Shown: piece after piece, positions 13,055 to 25,879 of the stretch
Position numbering within the stretch: position 1 is the stretch's first letter
Layout: each line of letters begins with the position of its first letter
Origin: Takakia lepidozioides
Lineage: Eukaryota > Plantae > Bryophyta
Direction of reading: 5' to 3'
Length of the DNA stretch: 64,000 nt
Assembly: GCA_030704615.1 (NCBI GenBank)
Contig: CM060733.1
Coordinates: forward strand, 22,940,001-23,004,000
Notes under the pieces: model-generated
The model's input: only the letters and a program-made list of their open reading frames with translations
Database searches by the model: none
What the model was told of the DNA's origin: nothing
Translations under genes and position numbers: made by a program

Positions 13055-13338
13055 AATTTCGGCGCCGAAATAGCCCAGTGTGCGCCTTCATAATAGGGGC
13101 CTTATAAAATTCCACGTAGGAATTACTGCACCAAAATATCACGATGGAAGCCTTCAACACAAGGCACTTCAGCACATTCCACTTGGGTATTTCGGCGCCG
13201 AAATAGCCCGCTCTGCGCCATAAAATACGCCAGTATATCACATTTCAAAAGGGAATTTCGACGCCGAAATACCCCGGTGGAAGTCTTCAAAACACCACTT
13301 TAGCACACTGCTCTTGGGAATTTCAGCGCCGAAATACC
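13055..13338. repeat. Subterminal cluster of palindrome ATTTCGGCGCCGAAAT (copy 1)
   Basis: Copies at ~13055, 13189, 13254 and 13319; the last three are 65 bp apart. Confidence 0.9.
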
Positions 13339-13612
13339 AAGGTCGATGGTTTTAGGACGCCGGTGGTTTTAGCACAATTTCTTCCCGTAATGTCGTGGCA
13401 CCTTCTCTGTCAAGCCCCTTCTAGCCCCAGTCATTTTTGATCGCCTGTGTGGATAGCCGTTGCCGGCCAATGGGGGCACGTATTGTCGTTGCCCCAGAAA
13501 AGATCACGTGAGAGGGTGTTCCGCATTGGGTTTTCAATGTTTGCATCTCCGTGTTGAAAAAGAACAGTGATTACTTGTCCCTCTCCATTCCCGGTGGGCG
13601 CACACTTCCTCA

Positions 13613-14239
13613 ATGTCGCCCTGTGTAAATGCCTTCTGCATTCGACGGAGCGGGATTCAAGGATCGCAATTGCGTGAGCCGGTGATAGGAGACATTATGG
13701 TGGAGTTGGACTTCAGTGAAGGTACATGTAGGGTGATGAGTTTCCGAGCACTTCTGTGGGATTCTCTTTGGGTGAGGCCTGCCAGTGGACAACAATGGAT
13801 ACTTATTGTGCGAGATAGACCTGGAAGACGGAGTGTTCATCTCTTCATCATGAGATGTTACTGCGGCGAGTTCTGGAGGTCTTACTACCATAACTATACT
13901 GCACCTCCACAGTATTTGCTCCCGGATAGTGCTCTTGAGTTGCTCACTCACTCTTCTGGGCCAGGGAATATATTGTTGACACTAAGGGAGAATCAGAACA
14001 GGTTTGTCCTGGATGTTTGCAAATTTCACGACGCTGTGGAGGAGGTCTCAATAGGAGGCCTCCAATATCTGCATGTTTTCACGAACGTGACCTCTATAGA
14101 TATCTTGTATCTTTATGTTCGTCATCTTAATCCAGAAAACGGCAATGCGCAGTGGACAACTACTGCACCACTCCTAATTCTGGACCTGTGGTTCGACGAC
14201 TCGGTGGTTCGTGTTGTGGATGTCAACACAGCAGCATAA
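13613..14239 (+). CDS. Orphan 208-aa ORF carried by the MULE-like element; distant paralog of 38457-39056
   Basis: Intact ORF. Shares the blocks DIxVxLD.....R....RA, P..G..W.L...D, G(N/D)IL and DIL..Y with the ORF at 38457-39056. Confidence 0.6.
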   Translation: MSPCVNAFCIRRSGIQGSQLREPVIGDIMVELDFSEGTCRVMSFRALLWDSLWVRPASGQQWILIVRDRPGRRSVHLFIMRCYCGEFWRSYYHNYTAPPQYLLPDSALELLTHSSGPGNILLTLRENQNRFVLDVCKFHDAVEEVSIGGLQYLHVFTNVTSIDILYLYVRHLNPENGNAQWTTTAPLLILDLWFDDSVVRVVDVNTAA

Positions 14240-14696
14240 CGCGGTAAGGATCATTGTGGAGGGTGATTGGAGGGCACAGGCTCCGGGATATGGTAGTTCC
14301 ACAGGTTTCTTATGCCGCAGTGGTGTTTCTGATGATGGAAGCTTGGAGTAGTCGTTGTACAAAATAAAAACTTGTGATTGCCTGATGTTTTTATTTCGAG
14401 CATCTATGGCAATTTTCTGTCATGTCAATGTGGGCTTGATGTTGAGTTGAATGGGGTTTGCAAGTTCAACTGTCGTCTGACCCTAAATATATTACCTTGT
14501 TAGCACAATGGCTTGTGAGGGCTACAATTTTGTGTCTCTTTCCTGTCCTGCACAATGTTTTACAGTGGTGATGTGGAATAACGGCGCCAAAATACCTCAT
14601 TCCGCATCCTGGACTAGGAGAAACAGACCCTATTATCGAGGTATGAGGACATAACACCATCAATAAAGGCACGAAAATTCCAATTCCGCGGATGCC

Positions 14697-14750
14697 CGCT
14701 CATGAGCTCATAGGCTCATGGGCTCATGGGCTCATGAAATAGTAAACCTC
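14697..14750. repeat. Element terminus with tandem 8-mer (GCTCATGG/A), copy 1
   Basis: GCTCATGA GCTCATAG GCTCATGG GCTCATGG GCTCATGA AATAGTAAACCTC; the reverse complement lies at 26582-26642. Confidence 0.85.
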
Positions 14751-14975
14751 CCAAACGAGGTTTGACACCTCACTTGGCATGTGAGACCAAATGAAGTCCC
14801 AACACATAAAATACAAATATAAATATCCAAAATGTCCTAGTTAACTAGAAGTAGGTAATTCTAGTTAACCATGACTAAAACCATGACAGCTGTCGTGCAC
14901 TTAAGCATCGTGCCACAACATACATCGTTGTCCACCATACATTCTAAGCACACAATCCTAGAAAACTATGCCACA
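14751..14975 (-). repeat. Truncated 3' LTR of the PHD-gypsy element
   Basis: Minus-strand PPT AGGGGGGCGAT is followed by TGTGGCA starting at 14975. The other end is apparently cut by the MULE terminus at 14750. Confidence 0.6.
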
Positions 14976-15233
14976 ATCGCCCCCCTAGCTGGTGATTAGG
15001 TCCCTCTAACACCGGATAGCTGACAAGTATCTATCTCAATAAGATCATTGTTTGGTCTTCAATCGCACATGTCTCAATTTTCTAAAGTATATGGATCAAG
15101 AGGCCGGGTGCAACGAGAGGCCCATTGTTAGTCGTCTGCTTGCAATCCATGATCTTCAATTGAGTATCCATGGCGTTCAGCTCCCACCAGCTAGACCTTG
15201 GTTCACTTGTCAACTACACCATTGTCATGCCCA

Positions 15234-17080
15234 CTACCTATGGCCAAGGCATCGTGGACACAACCATTCTCCACTAGGAACCTCCTCAAGTGGTGGTATC
15301 AAGCATCCCATGTGCCACCCCCTTGAGCATTTGTCACATACCAACATGGTTGAGGCACCACCAGCATGCCCACATAGCATGCAACGCAACCCTGCAGTTA
15401 CCACTGCAAGGTTGGGATCTATCCTCCCATCCACATATGGAAGGTGACATGGCGCACAATTGCGCACATGGTCCTTCCATACCATGCCATCTCGACCCTC
15501 CAGAATCAACACTCCTGAAGGCAACACCTCCCGGACCCTTAGAATCACACGTCCTGCTGTGACATCCAAAGTCGTAGGCGCTGTCTGCTGCAGATACACA
15601 TAGTCCCCAGGGCAGAAACGCCAAACACCTGGTCGATATCCCCCTCGACGTATAGTGGTGTACCTCAATATGTCTCGGTGTTGGGCAACAGCAAGGTTCT
15701 CAAAAGCCATAGGCATGACTCTCTTGAACAACTCTGCCCGCTAGGCACATGGTTGTGTCCACACATCCGGATCATCAAGGTTGAGGACTACTGCAGTCTC
15801 TCTGCGAATAGATGTAGGCAAATCTGGCTCTCGGCCAAAGAGAAGGAAATAAGGCGAGAACGAGGCAAGTGATGTTTGTTTGCTAAACCTGTAGCCCATG
15901 GCCAACCAAGGTAGCTAAAGGTCCCAATCTCCTAAGTGTCCTTTCTGCAAGCCATACTTGCGCAAGCCTCATTTGACTGTTTGTACAACCCTCTTTGCCA
16001 GACCATCAGCCTTGGGATGATCCCGAGAAGTAGTGCGGCGATCTATCAAGGCTTGCTCACACAAAGCCTGAAACTCCCCCAAGAACTCTCTCCTCTGGTC
16101 CGTGAATACCTCGGCTGGAGCACCAAATTGGCTAAGCACTGGATCTAAGAATACATATGCAGCCCCTCACTTGCCTTGTCAGGCAATGCCACTAGTTCAA
16201 TCCACTTGGAGAAATGTTCCACCATCACCAGCACATACTTGTTATGGTGAATCGTTAGTGACAATGGGCCTGCGAAGTCAAGACTCCAACGATAGCCCAA
16301 ATCCATAATGGGTAAAGGATGCAATTGTGGAGTAGGTGCATTGAAAGAAGCCCGCACTCTATCACACACCATGCACCTTGCTAACTGTTGCACATCCGTG
16401 TGCATGCCCCGCCACCAGTACTGTCCTTGCAGCAAACTATGAGTGCGCCGCACCCCAAAATGTCCCAATTCCTCATGGGCATGGCGTACCAACCGCGCTC
16501 GTTGTGTTGGATGAGGCACAATCCTCACTCATCCATCCTCCCATACTCGGAGTAGGTGAGTCCCCTCCCACTTGAACCTCTTGGCTCGTTGTAGAATCCG
16601 ATCTTTCTCCTTAGCAGTCACACTGGCTGTTGTCTCTCATGTACGAAGGTAGGCCAACACTGCTGCATCTTCATGCACATCCTTAGAACCACCAAGCTCC
16701 TCATTGATCTCCGGATCGTCATGCACACCATCTACATGACCAATCCTATGGGATGGACCAGCTTGAGCTCCCATTGCTAGGATGCACAAAAAGGCAGATG
16801 CATGTCATCCTGGCACCATCTCTTCATCCATCTCACCATGCCACCGAGCTCCAGTATCATCATGCTCGCTTGTGCATGGATTATGACTCAACCCATCTGC
16901 ATCTCGATTGACTAAACCGGCTCAATGCACCACCTGGAAGTCGTACTCTTGAAGCATAAGTGCCCACCGTGCAAGCTTCCATGTAAGCTTGTCTGACTCC
17001 ATCAACCACTTCAATGGTTGGTGATCCGTAACAAGGGTGAAGAGGTTGTCATAGAGGTAGCATCTGAAATGTGTCACTGC
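15234..17080 (-). pseudogene. Ty3/gypsy pol remnant: RNase H, integrase and C-terminal PHD finger (Selgy-like)
   Basis: RH TLVTDHQPLKWLM/ARWALMLQEYDF at ~16940-17075. Integrase HEELGHFG, YWWRGM, WSLDFAGPL and VEHFSKWIE. PHD C4HC3: CMLC..LVCDKCSRGWHMGCLIPPLEEVPSGEWLCPRC. Confidence 0.9.
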
Positions 17081-19170
17081 CACTACAACATATTGCGACT
17101 TTTATGACTCCCATGGGTGCGCAGTCATGATAGATTTGTGGCAGAAATGCCATTTGTAGTCGTAAAATGCTTTTGAAGTCATAATGCAGGTCTGGGGAAC
17201 GCGTATATGCGACTGCATGGCTCCAGACTCTGCGCAACACAGGTCAAACCTGTTTGACCACGAATATTGGCATGGCATATATGACTACCAGTCACGGTCA
17301 TGGCTACACTGGAATGACGTGTGCATATTGCTAGACAGACATATGACTTCATGACTCTCACTCTAATGCATTCTGCCAGATCATTACATGGATGAATCAT
17401 TACATGACTGCACGTGTCGACACATGCTTTTCTGGTTATATATATAATATATGAGTATTTATATTTTGAAAAAACGGAGACTTTGACCACTAGAATGAAT
17501 TAAAAAAAAACAAAAAAAAATTAAAGTGCAAAAAGATTTTAAAAAAAGCACATCGGCTGGTAAGTGCACAGTGTGTCGCCCTGGTGGTTTGAGATTCAAA
17601 CCCGTTGCCCTTATCCCGTGTGTGGGATTGTTGTGATAGTATGTCTGGGCGTTGATTGTCCTATAGGTCTTATGGCCCATAAATGAAGGCGGGTGAAGTT
17701 TTCCCCCTCCTCAAGGGCCTGTGGTTTCCTTTAGGAAAAAAAAAAAATCAAAAAAATCAAAAGGGGGCTTTTAGGGTTTACAAAAAGGTTAAATTTTTTT
17801 AAAAAGTTGTCCATCACGGTAGCGTGAACAGACTTAGAGCGAGCGGGAGGGAGAGAGAGAGAGGGCTGGGACTTAGAGCGAGCGAGCAGGAGGCAGGGCA
17901 AACATGCATGGGAGGCCCGCAGTTGGAGCAACCTTCGCATCTGAAGCAAGCAACCCTAGAAATGCTAGGGTATGTATGCGAGGAGGTTTTGGCTGGGAGC
18001 TTGCCGTTCTTGGGAGAGTCAGCTTCGTCTTAGCAGGCCGTGTTTCAATCTCTACCCGCTCGGCCCTGATTTTACAGCTCGGAGCAGAGCTGGCATGAGT
18101 TTCTTAAAGATCCTTCACGATGGTGGGACAACCGCAATCGCAAGGTGTGGCTTTTTCTTAATGTACGATGTGAAGAAGTTTGTCCATCCTGCAAATGTGG
18201 GTTGTTGGCTCCTGTTAGTACCATGATTTGGTATTCTTCCTGATGTTGTTCTTGGGAGAGTTAGCTTGGTCTTAGCAGGCCGTGTTTCAATCTCTGCCCA
18301 CTCAGCTGCACCGTGGTGGTTCTCACTGACCAATCCGACATTACCTAACTACAGTCACAAGCAGCACACACAAGAGGTCCTCTTGGGTTCATGGTCAGTC
18401 AAATCCTCGATGGGTCATGACACAAGATTGAGGACAATGTGGTGAGGGCACCTTCTTCTTCGACCTATTTCAGCCTGTTTTGCCCTCTCATCAGACTCGG
18501 CCCTGAATTTGAATCATGGAGCAGAGCTGGCATGAGTTTACTAAAGATCCTTCACGATGGTGCTACAACCACAATCGTAAGGTGTGGCTTTTCTTAATGT
18601 ATGATGTGAAGAAGTTTGTCCATCCTGCAAATGTGGGCTGTTGGCTCCTGTTAGTACCATGATTTGATATTCTTCCTGATGTTTACAAGGTTCTTGGGAG
18701 AGTCAGCTTGGTCTTAACAGGCCGTGTTTCAATGTCTGCCTGCTCAGCTGCACCGTGGTGCAGGTTCTCACAGACCAATCCGACATTACTGACTATAGAC
18801 ACAAGCATCACACACAAGAGGTCCTTTTGTCGGTCAAATCTTCCATGGGTCATGACACAAGGTCAAGGACAGTGTGGTGAGGGCACCTTCTTCTTCGACC
18901 TATTTCAGCCTGTTTTGCCCTCTCATCAGACTCGGCCCTGAGATGCATATTGAATTTTGTAAGTTAGCTCATTGCTCGTTGATAAGTAGGGTTGGGGATG
19001 TTTGCTGGAACAATTCTAGGCTGTCATTGTCAGCTGCTAGCAGGAAGGCAAGGATGTATGCATGATTTTGTGTAGAGGCATAGATAGCTAAAGGAGCAGG
19101 GATAGAGTGTGGGCCCAGATTCGTCCAAGAGGGCCGGATTTCAAGCTCCATTATTTCAGTGTCATCCATT
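17081..19170. mobile_element. Second, inverted, partial copy of the Pack-CACTA, inserted in the gypsy RNase H
   Basis: TIR CACTACAACATATTGCGACTTTTATGAC at 17081. Collinear with the reverse complement of ~7880-9890. Contains EQSWHEFLKDPSRWWDNRNRK|GT (~18082-18145) and CAG|IRPRGPDFKL (~19119). Confidence 0.9.
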
Positions 19171-19729
19171 CAGCCAGGGATTTCCTGGTGACATTGCCAA
19201 GGCTTTACTCGCAACACGATGCTTGTAAAGCTTCCTTAGCTTGAATGCTGATTATGCTTGAATTATTCGGTTTGTAAAGCCAGTTTTGAAATTTTCATGG
19301 TAATCAGCTCTCTTGAAAATTTGTAGGTTGCAAGCCATTTTCAGCGGGCCGTGGGTGGACTGGAAGACAGCCATTGAAAGTCCTGGTGCAGGTTAATACC
19401 AGTGGAGAGCAGTTTAAGCTTCATATGCCCTTTTGGTGCTAGTTATCTTCATGTATGGTACTGTTGAACACCAACAATCTTTTGGTGAGATTCTGTCTTG
19501 GTGCACGTGTCTGATAAAGAAAGATGGTAATGTTTGTTCTGAAACCTGAAGGCGTGAAATGATTCAACACAGCAAGAGCATTATGCGTGTCATAGTACAA
19601 GCTGTAAGAAAGTAATAGATACATAGTTATACGGTCAAACAGACAACTATCAGTTTCTGTGGAATCTCTTGCCAATGGCAGGATGGGTTGGGAACAGCCA
19701 AGTCAGGAGGTGAATGCCTGTCAAATTAC

Positions 19730-19977
19730 CACATGTCCTTCTGAACACTGCCCCTGCCCTGGTGGACATGTATGCCAAATGTGGGTGCATCGAGGATGCC
19801 AAGGGAGTGTTCAACACTGTGGCTGAACGAGTTGTGGTGTCGTGGACTGCGATGCTTGCAGGGTATGCACAGATGGGGTGTGGGATGGAGGCTCCAACCT
19901 TTGAGCAAATGATGGGGGAAGGGGTGAAGGCCGCCGACATAACGTTTGTGTGCGTTTGCAGTGCGTCTGGCAGTCCT
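19730..19977 (+). pseudogene. PLS-type PPR fragment interrupted by a CACTA end
   Basis: ALVDMYAKCGCIEDAKGVFNTVAERVVVSWTAMLAGYAQMGCGMEA..FEQMMGEGVKAADITFVCV. Confidence 0.9.
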
Positions 19978-21606
19978 CACTACAACAGATTCCGGCTTTA
20001 ACGTTTGCCACATTTGCCCAGTCGTAGCATATATGTCTACTAAATGCAAGGGGGCAGTCCTGGTTGCCATTTGTGACCAGCAGAAGTCGTATATGCCACC
20101 TTGTACCTCCACCACGTCAGGATCTGCGGTCAAACACGTTTGACCAGATAGGGGAAGATGGTAGATACGACTAGGAGTCATGGCCAAAACTGCAACAGGA
20201 TGACGTGGGCATGGGAATGTATGACTACCAGTATTCACAACTGCACGTGGCGATTGCCGGTTGCCCAAGGAGTGTCTACGTGGACGATGCAAACTTAAAT
20301 GGATGAAACATATGCAGGATATGATTGCAAATGACGATGTGTCAGTCTACCATTGCTCGCAGGGTTGGACATTCAGGTGCATTGGATGCAAGTGCATCTA
20401 ACGGCTGCACACGATGCATGTTACTAACGCGTGGGCTTGGTGGAGAACAGAGACAAGTCCCGAACATGCGTATGAGAGGCGACCATGCAGGTTCTATGAT
20501 GGTTGAAGCGGTGCACTGCATTTTTCAAAAATCGGCAACACAATTGAAAGACAAAGGCTTGAGAGAAGACGAAACGATGCATTAAGTGGATACGCACCCT
20601 TGTGCAAAACACCAACCAGTCATTCACATTCACAGTGATGCAAAATATGTGTAGACAAAAAGACCCATCGGGTAGTTCAGGGCACCCAAAAACGAGCGGC
20701 GTTCACTATACCACAATCTGCAAATGCACTGGTCTACTCAGAATCATGGCACATTGTGTGTGCAATGACTCTCATTAAATATTACAGGATGCCTTCACAC
20801 ACAAGAGCAGCAACAAACTTCATGACTGACATCCTCTCACAACTCCTCTACAGGGAGAACCCAATTGGACAGGGAAGCTTAGTGATGTGGTACCACGCCG
20901 TGTAGCCATATAGGTAGGGGTACCGACGCCCATAGGCGTCCAGCCTTTTTCTACAAGCAGATAGGCAGAAAAATTGAGGCACGGCCTCCCTTCGATGAAT
21001 GCCGCTAGTTCCAAGCCAGTGAAGCACAATTAAACAAGCCTCTTCTGCATGACGGCTAATTCGTTGTGCTTCTGCCTGCTCTGCAACATACTGAATTGCC
21101 TGCTCCCTCCGAAGGCGCTCCATGCTGCGGTGCCATTGAGCTGTGTGTGCAGTTCTCTTGAAGCGGGATCGCATGGTAGTCGTGTGATGATGGGGCGAGT
21201 TGGCCCACAACGATGACCACAACAAATGCGTTCGCATGCTAACCGTGTGATGCAAGGGCGACTTGCCAAATGACGAAGTGAACAAGGACCACGTAGACAC
21301 TGCAAAGAAGTGAGAGCGATGAAGAGCGAGCAAGAGCAAACAGAATGAAAGGCAAGTGGAGCGAAGTGGAGATATAATCTGCGCTCCCACCAACCTGCTT
21401 CCCACCAAATTCTAATGCAGTGGCAAAACGGGGGCACCGTTGCGAGCCTCACTATCAATACATTATCAAACTGCCATGAAGGTAAAGTTTAGGGGGGTGG
21501 GAAACACAAGGGAAAAAATTCCGAGTCAAACTAACCGTCTACAAGCCTTCCTGACAAGGCAAATTGACCACCTTGCATGTCCACGATTCCGTGTTTAGGC
21601 CACAGA

Positions 21607-22874
21607 TTGTACTCATAAGACGTTGTTTGTCGTAGCCTTGTTGCCATTGACCCCGCGCCCAGTTTGAGCGGGAACAAAAGGGATAGAACCTACCTCTGTC
21701 AGGGGCTGATGTTGGTAGTAAGACTTACCTTCATATATAGAATTAATCCGGGCTTTCCAGATATCCTCTAGAAATCCCTTCACACAAGCATCAATCTGCT
21801 GTGTGTGATTTGCCCAAAAACTAGGCCTCAGGAGGGCCTGGGCTTTTGGCTCAGCCTCGAGACTTTCAAAGTTGGTAAACATGGGTACAAGCACAATTCC
21901 CTTGATAGATTTGAAGAGATCGTCTCTTTGGTGACAGAACCCCGGACAGTGTATCGGTAAATGAATTTTGTCTTCAGATGGCCCACACAACGGGCAATTG
22001 CACTCTCCCTTTCCTCTCTGCTTCTGTTTGTTGTTCAAAGGTAGGCTTCCTGCCCTGAGTTTAAATTTCAGTCTTAGTGCCGAGAGTGGGTAGACCCTTG
22101 AGGTCATCCAAGATGGCATCCCCCATGTTACTGACTGGAAACAAGTTCAGGGAAGTTTTCTGCCTAACTTCATTTTCATCAGACAATCTCATGGCAACAG
22201 ACATGGCTTTGGACACTACAGCCTCTGCCGGGACTTAGCCTCTGTTTCCAAGATATAGAGTCGATTAACTTAGGATATCTGGTGTTGGTCATATGTTGCA
22301 GCTGACCCCACCATATGTGCTTGAATTCATCTTGTCGGGAGCTTAAGGACGGAATGCCAAACTCACCCCCACCAGCCATATTGGCTGTTTTGGAGCATGC
22401 TTACATACACTCCTTAAGCACCCCCACTTCAATGGATTCTAGAGACTTAGCCTGGTTGGAGTTATCAACCCATATTGCAGATCCGTACTCCAAGGCAGGT
22501 CTAATAACGCGACAAAGCATGGTTTTCTTAACCTCAGAGTTGACCTCTCTGCAGTGGAAAAAATCAGTGAGCCCTAGAGCTTTGCCCTTGCCAGTTTGAA
22601 CAACTTTCCGGATATGTGCATCCCAATTACAATTGGAGAAAAACTCAACGCCCAGGTAAGTGTAGGAAGGGAGGACCGGGATCTCTTGGCTACCCCACTG
22701 CCACTTAAGATCACTTCCTCCCTCTCCTCTGTCGTTGAATGCTACCACTGCACATTTGCTGTCATTAGCCTCTAGCCCCCAAAGATCAAAGTATCTCTTT
22801 GCGCAATCAATCAACTCCTGGAGATTGGTTTGAGTCTCCCCTATGCCTGCAAAGTCATCCGCAAACATAAGGGC
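21607..22874 (-). mobile_element. 5'-truncated non-LTR retrotransposon (LINE): RT C-terminus plus zinc-binding tail
   Basis: 15-bp TSD TGTTTAGGCCACAGA at 21592-21606 and 22875-22889. Motifs MFADDFA, YTYLGVEF, IRPALEYGSAIW and CPLC..EDKIH..IHC. Confidence 0.92.
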
Positions 22875-23341
22875 TGTTTAGGCCACAGAATAGGCTACTG
22901 GCTACAAGCCTAATGCTGGATTACAGCCAGTGTTCGCCATGGGTATGACGAGTGCACAAAGACGAATTACGACTATGTGAGTGTAGCATGCATGATGCAG
23001 CAAAGTAAGAAATTGCAGATTGCTGGGCTGTGAAAATTGAAGTGGAGTGGGTACTTCTACAAAGCCTCCATACTGGTGGCATCGTGACATGGAAACATCA
23101 TCCGACAAAAATGAGGGGAATGGGTAAGGGTTCTTCTCAACAATAGCACAGAATTGCACAAGCCATGGTGGTGGCTCTGCCAGAAGTTCAAACCAGCATT
23201 AACAGTCATGGTAATGGCGTGCTAGTCATAGTGCAGCCTGCAAGAAATCTTAGCCCCTCTACAGTACAGGTGAACTTCACTACCACCCATGGACCTCTTG
23301 ATATCTGGATAGCAGTGAACAAGCATGTTGCCATAAAAGCA

Positions 23342-25590
23342 TTACACATCAACGTCAGGCAGCTCGTCCGGGCTGTCATCTTCTTCCTCATCGGTACTGT
23401 CATTCTCCACCACAATGGGGGCCTCGTTGCGCACATCCCGGTATAGTGAGGCAAGAACTTCGGGAGTCACTTCAATTGTCTGGCCCAAATTCGGGCCTGC
23501 AACATGTGTCTCTTCGACTCGTTCAGGGGCTAAGAGGCCTTCCACACTACGAAGATCATCGTTACCAATTGACACATCACAAACCACCCGAGAAGATCTG
23601 GGGCTTTTCTCAAGGACCACATTCCACTGAGGTTCATGAACACAAGTGTTTAAAAATACCTGCTCCACTTGTGACGGCAGCACGAATGGCTACTCTTGTG
23701 GAGCCAACATTTGGGAGAAATTCAATGTGAACCCACAATCATCCTGCTTCATGGATGCAGGCTGATTGCGGCTCCCCTTCTTTTCCCGAACCCAAGAACA
23801 CAACATCACAATGGGCCTTGTCTTCCCATAGTCAATTTCCAGTATCTCCCTAATGACACCCACGTATCGCAGGCTTTTACCACCTCCTCTCCTGCACTAT
23901 TTGTAGATACATGGTGGAAAACAGATGACACCCCTGAGTCATATGACACTTTACTTGTGCCAATATTGGTTGAAGACACCCTGTAGTGGTTTCCATAAGC
24001 TGACATGCTATTGTATGAAGTTGCAATGATCGAGGGAGGCCTGGACAAGTCCAACATTTGGCAATACATGGGATCACATTCGGAATTGGGAATCCTTGCC
24101 ACATGTGAGCGCACAGCATCAACCAGCCAGTCTGCATATTTGGGAGGAAAAGCCAAGTCAGATGGGTACTCATAGTCCTCCCCGTGAGCTGCCCTCCCTT
24201 CAGCACGTTCTTCCTTTAGAAACAACCAGCGACTTGCCTCCACACGTGCTCGAATTGTTTCATACATCCTGACATATATGAATGTGTCCCTCCCGTGAGA
24301 ACCAACACGTGCACATAATGCAATTACATGACAACCAGCAACTACAAACAAGCATAAACAGGAAGGGAATGAACTGTTGCATTGTCACCTTTGTTAATGA
24401 GCTTCTCACTTACTCGAACATGGTGCGCATGCTAGGATAGTTTTCAATGATGTACTGGTGGAGAATTGAACACAGATCTGCCATGAATTTGCGGGGTTTC
24501 CCTGCTCCTTCCAACACGCAGCCAGACACAGATTCCTCCTCTCCTGCATCCCACACTCTCCGTCTAGTAGCATCAAAACTGGCCATGTATTCTGTGCAAA
24601 AGCTAAGAGCCTCCTCAAACATGTAGCCCTCGGCCATACTGCCTTTGGGCTTTGCCATGTTGCGAACGTACCCTTTGTAATCCTTCATAGCCCGCTCCAC
24701 AGGGTACATCCACCGGGAGGTGACAGGGCCACACAAATCCAGCTCGTCAACTAGGTGAATAAGCAAATGTGTCATTATATCAAAAAAAGAGGGTGGGAAC
24801 TCTTTTTCAAGGAGGCGGAGTGTGACAATCGCCTCCTTCTTCAGCTCTTCGTGCTTGCTAGGATCAACCACTTTTGCACAGAGTTTGTGAAACACTCGGG
24901 ATACTCGCAATATGGCATTTCGTACGCCCTTAGCCATTAAACCACGTAGAGCAAGAGGGAGAACTTGCTGCATAAGCACATGGTAGTCATGTGACTTTAA
25001 TTGTGAGAGTTTTTTTCTTAACAACATGTTTTTTAAAGGCAGATGCATACCCCGTTGGCACTTTCAGCTTTGTGATTGTGTTCAGGAACACCCTCAGCTC
25101 ATCTCCTGTGAGCATATACGGCGTTGCGGGCATCACGAATGTGTTCTCCCTCGTGGGATGCCTTTGCAACCACAGGTGGGGACAAATGCCTTGTAGCTCA
25201 AAGTCACGACGCACCTTCATGGTATCCTTTTCCCCAAAAATTGTCTTGATGATATTTTCTGTGACATTCTTCTCGCAATGCATCATGTCAATTCATGTGC
25301 CAAAACGATTCACAATAAAGTCAAATGGTGACACAAATATGCCAACACACTAACACACATCTCTGAATAAAAAACAAATGCACAAATATGCGAAATAGAC
25401 AAGCATGAGTGAGGAGTCCCCGTACCTCCCAATAAGGCAGACGATACAGAATGGACAGCTGCTTGACACCATGGATTTTTGAGGGATCAGCCTCTGCGAT
25501 TGATTCCTCATCCTCAACCCATTTTGAGTATTCCTCAGCACGCGTCTTAATTTCACTGCCTGTCAATGGAGCATGTCCCCGGGGGTGCAC
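23342..25590 (-). pseudogene. CACTA/EnSpm transposase (Tnp2 C-terminus, DUF4218- and DUF4216-like regions), spliced and frameshifted
   Basis: SILYRLPYWE|intron, DMMHCEKNV, LKSHDYHVLMQQVLP, FPPSFFDIMTHLLIHL, GPVTSRWMYPVER, VRNMAKPKGSMAEGY, QVEQVFL. Confidence 0.93.
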
Positions 25591-25879
25591 TCTTTATAAA
25601 CTGTGCGTATCACGAGCGTTCGTCGCCTAATAAAAAAACCCCCTGTATACGGGTCCTTGGATAATTTATACCCCCTCTGTACATACTTTTTGAAGATTAT
25701 AAAATCCCCTCCTGTAAATATACAAAAATTTACAATTTTTGGAAAGTACCCCCTTCTGTATGTATATTCTCATTTTTCATCATTAAAAATAACCCTCCAA
25801 TATGTATATGTATGTTTTTATATTATATCGAATTTATTCATTTAAAACATAATAAAATCTAACAAATTAATTAAAAAAA

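Larger units (their letters stand above)
10077..14750 (+). mobile_element. Partial copy 1 of the MULE-like ParB-MTase element, inverted relative to copy 2
   Basis: Near-identical to the reverse complement of 26582-29805. It ends at the same terminus ...GCTCATGAAATAGTAAACCTC (14750) with a different flank. Confidence 0.9.
19978..25600 (-). mobile_element. CACTA element with transposase; 3' TIR present, 5' part lost or interrupted
   Basis: TIR CACTACAACAGATTCCGGCTTTAACG at 19978, related to the Pack-CACTA TIR. Transposase remnants lie upstream on the minus strand. Confidence 0.8.

Noticed and set aside
14744-14763. Hairpin AAACCTC-N6-GAGGTTT as a Helitron end
   Set aside because: It straddles the MULE/LTR junction and is absent at the other copy. 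There is no Rep/helicase or adjacent CTRR end.
19714-20001. Functional host PPR gene
   Set aside because: Only about two repeats, with indels, cut by a CACTA TIR at 19978.
17081-20005. Pairing the TIRs at 17081 and 19978 as one element
   Set aside because: Both read CACTA on the + strand (same orientation) and have different flanks (TGC vs CCT).
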